Below, one piece after another: positions 18,961 to 20,000 of a DNA stretch of 20,000 bases. Source of the DNA: Priapulus caudatus (lineage: Eukaryota); NCBI RefSeq assembly GCF_000485595.1, contig NW_014577077.1, forward strand, positions 807,106 through 827,105, written 5' to 3'. The position numbers and the translations under genes are program-made. Positions within the stretch are counted from its first letter, which is position 1, and every line of letters starts with the position of its first letter. Below the pieces are notes generated by a model. The model was not told where the DNA came from, ran no database searches, and saw only the letters and a program-made list of their open reading frames with translations.

Positions 18961-20000
18961 GATCAGCATCGCGCTCCAAATCGCACTTTTGACTGCGATT
19001 ATTTGGAATTAGCTGTGTGTGAACGCTCGCGCAAATAATCCCGGTATTTTCTATCCCATCATTCCAAGCGAGTGAGCAGTGAGCATGCGCAGTGAGCATC
19101 ATTCCGGCAGTGAGCATGCGCAGTGAGCATCATTCCGGCAGTGAGCATGCGCAGTGAGCATCATTCCGGCAGTGAGCATGCGCAGTTCGATTAATAGAAT
19201 TATCCCGCTCGGCGATTAGCGAGATATTTCCACCTGTGTGAACAACGACACAATTATCTCGGTATTTCATCGCGATTAGCATCGCGGTTTTTCTTGTGTG
19301 TGAACGCGCCTAATATTTGTAGTGTTAGTTAACTTAATGTAAATGTTATGAAATAAATTTCATGCAACTTTTAATTACTATTATTATACGTCATTGATCC
19401 CAGCATCATTTACCACATTACCAATATTTTATTCTCTTCATATAATGAGTGAAACAATGCGAATGGCCATGTCTGCTGTCACTGCAATACGTACAAAATG
19501 TACATGATTAGGCTATTTCATCCGGACAACCAAAACTCTTGAGGGACAACCATATGCTACTCTCTTGGTTGTCCTCCGGACAACCCAAAAAAAACTTTAA
19601 AATTGAGCACTGTTAAGTGTATGTCAAAGCCATAAAAATATATAGTAAGCAATCAGTTACTATATATCAGAGATGAGAACAGCAAGAAGGGAAAAAGAGG
19701 AAAAGATAACGAAGGACAAGTACGAGGCGGCATAGCCGCCAAGTGGGGAGGGTGCGGGAGGGGTGCCCCCTCCCCCAAGGGATCCCCCCAGAATTTTTTT
19801 GAGAAAAATGGACTCTGTAACGGCATCTTTAGGCCATGTGGAGATACATACTAGCACAATTTAGGTATTTGCAAAAGCCATATAATATTATTTTAACAAC
19901 AGATTTGAGGCCTTCCCCATGACCTTTTGTTGCTAATGGCCCTGTCACACATTGACGATTTAGACCTCGTATGCCGGACGTATCAAAATTTCTCTAAAAC
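18961..20000 (+). repeat. direct duplicate of 10423-11394 (MITE nest including its junctions)
   Basis: Same order: Harbinger MITE 3' part, AT-rich spacer, GAGCACTG|TTAAG end, CAGAGATGAGAA start, TAA|TGGCCCTGTCACAC start; differences are mostly 1-bp indels plus a VNTR. Confidence 0.93.
19076..19186 (+). repeat. 31-bp tandem repeat (3 units plus partial) inside a MITE
   Basis: GCAGTGAGCATGCGCAGTGAGCATCATTCCG x3 + GCAGTGAGCATGCGCAGT; only 1 unit plus partial at 10551-10599. Confidence 0.92.

Noticed and set aside
19076..19186. Regular 31-bp repeats resembling a CRISPR array
   Set aside because: Head-to-tail identical units with no unique spacers, inside a eukaryotic MITE, and no cas genes

Overview
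Eukaryotic DNA with GT-AG introns, microsatellites and a repeat landscape typical of an invertebrate animal. The one gene I can identify with confidence is a transformer-2 (tra2 / TRA2A/B) splicing factor on the minus strand. It has six clean coding exons from 9396 down to 7330 (end of RS1, RRM, linker, RS2 ending SYSPRRY*), a probable RS1 exon at 14372-14452 and a possible ATG-only first exon at 16031-16033. The 5 kb intron 9397-14371 consists almost entirely of two adjacent nested stacks of nine non-autonomous DNA transposons, most with readable TIRs and TSDs. These include a ~300-bp-arm foldback element with a 7-bp TSD and a 100-bp TAG..CTA element with a 9-bp TSD. More MITEs lie at 1.1-4.6 kb and 18.1-18.9 kb. 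A probable last exon of an unidentified plus-strand gene lies at 392-834. After a 25-N gap, 18961-20000 re-copies 10423-11394, probably a second haplotype or assembly overlap, and shows that the assembly is indel-rich. The best biological lead is candidate splicing-NMD autoregulation of tra2: an alternative donor that adds exactly 19 codons ending in TAG upstream of the RRM, plus purine/GAA-rich exon-like blocks downstream of the stop codon. I found no transposase ORF, RNA gene or CRISPR array.
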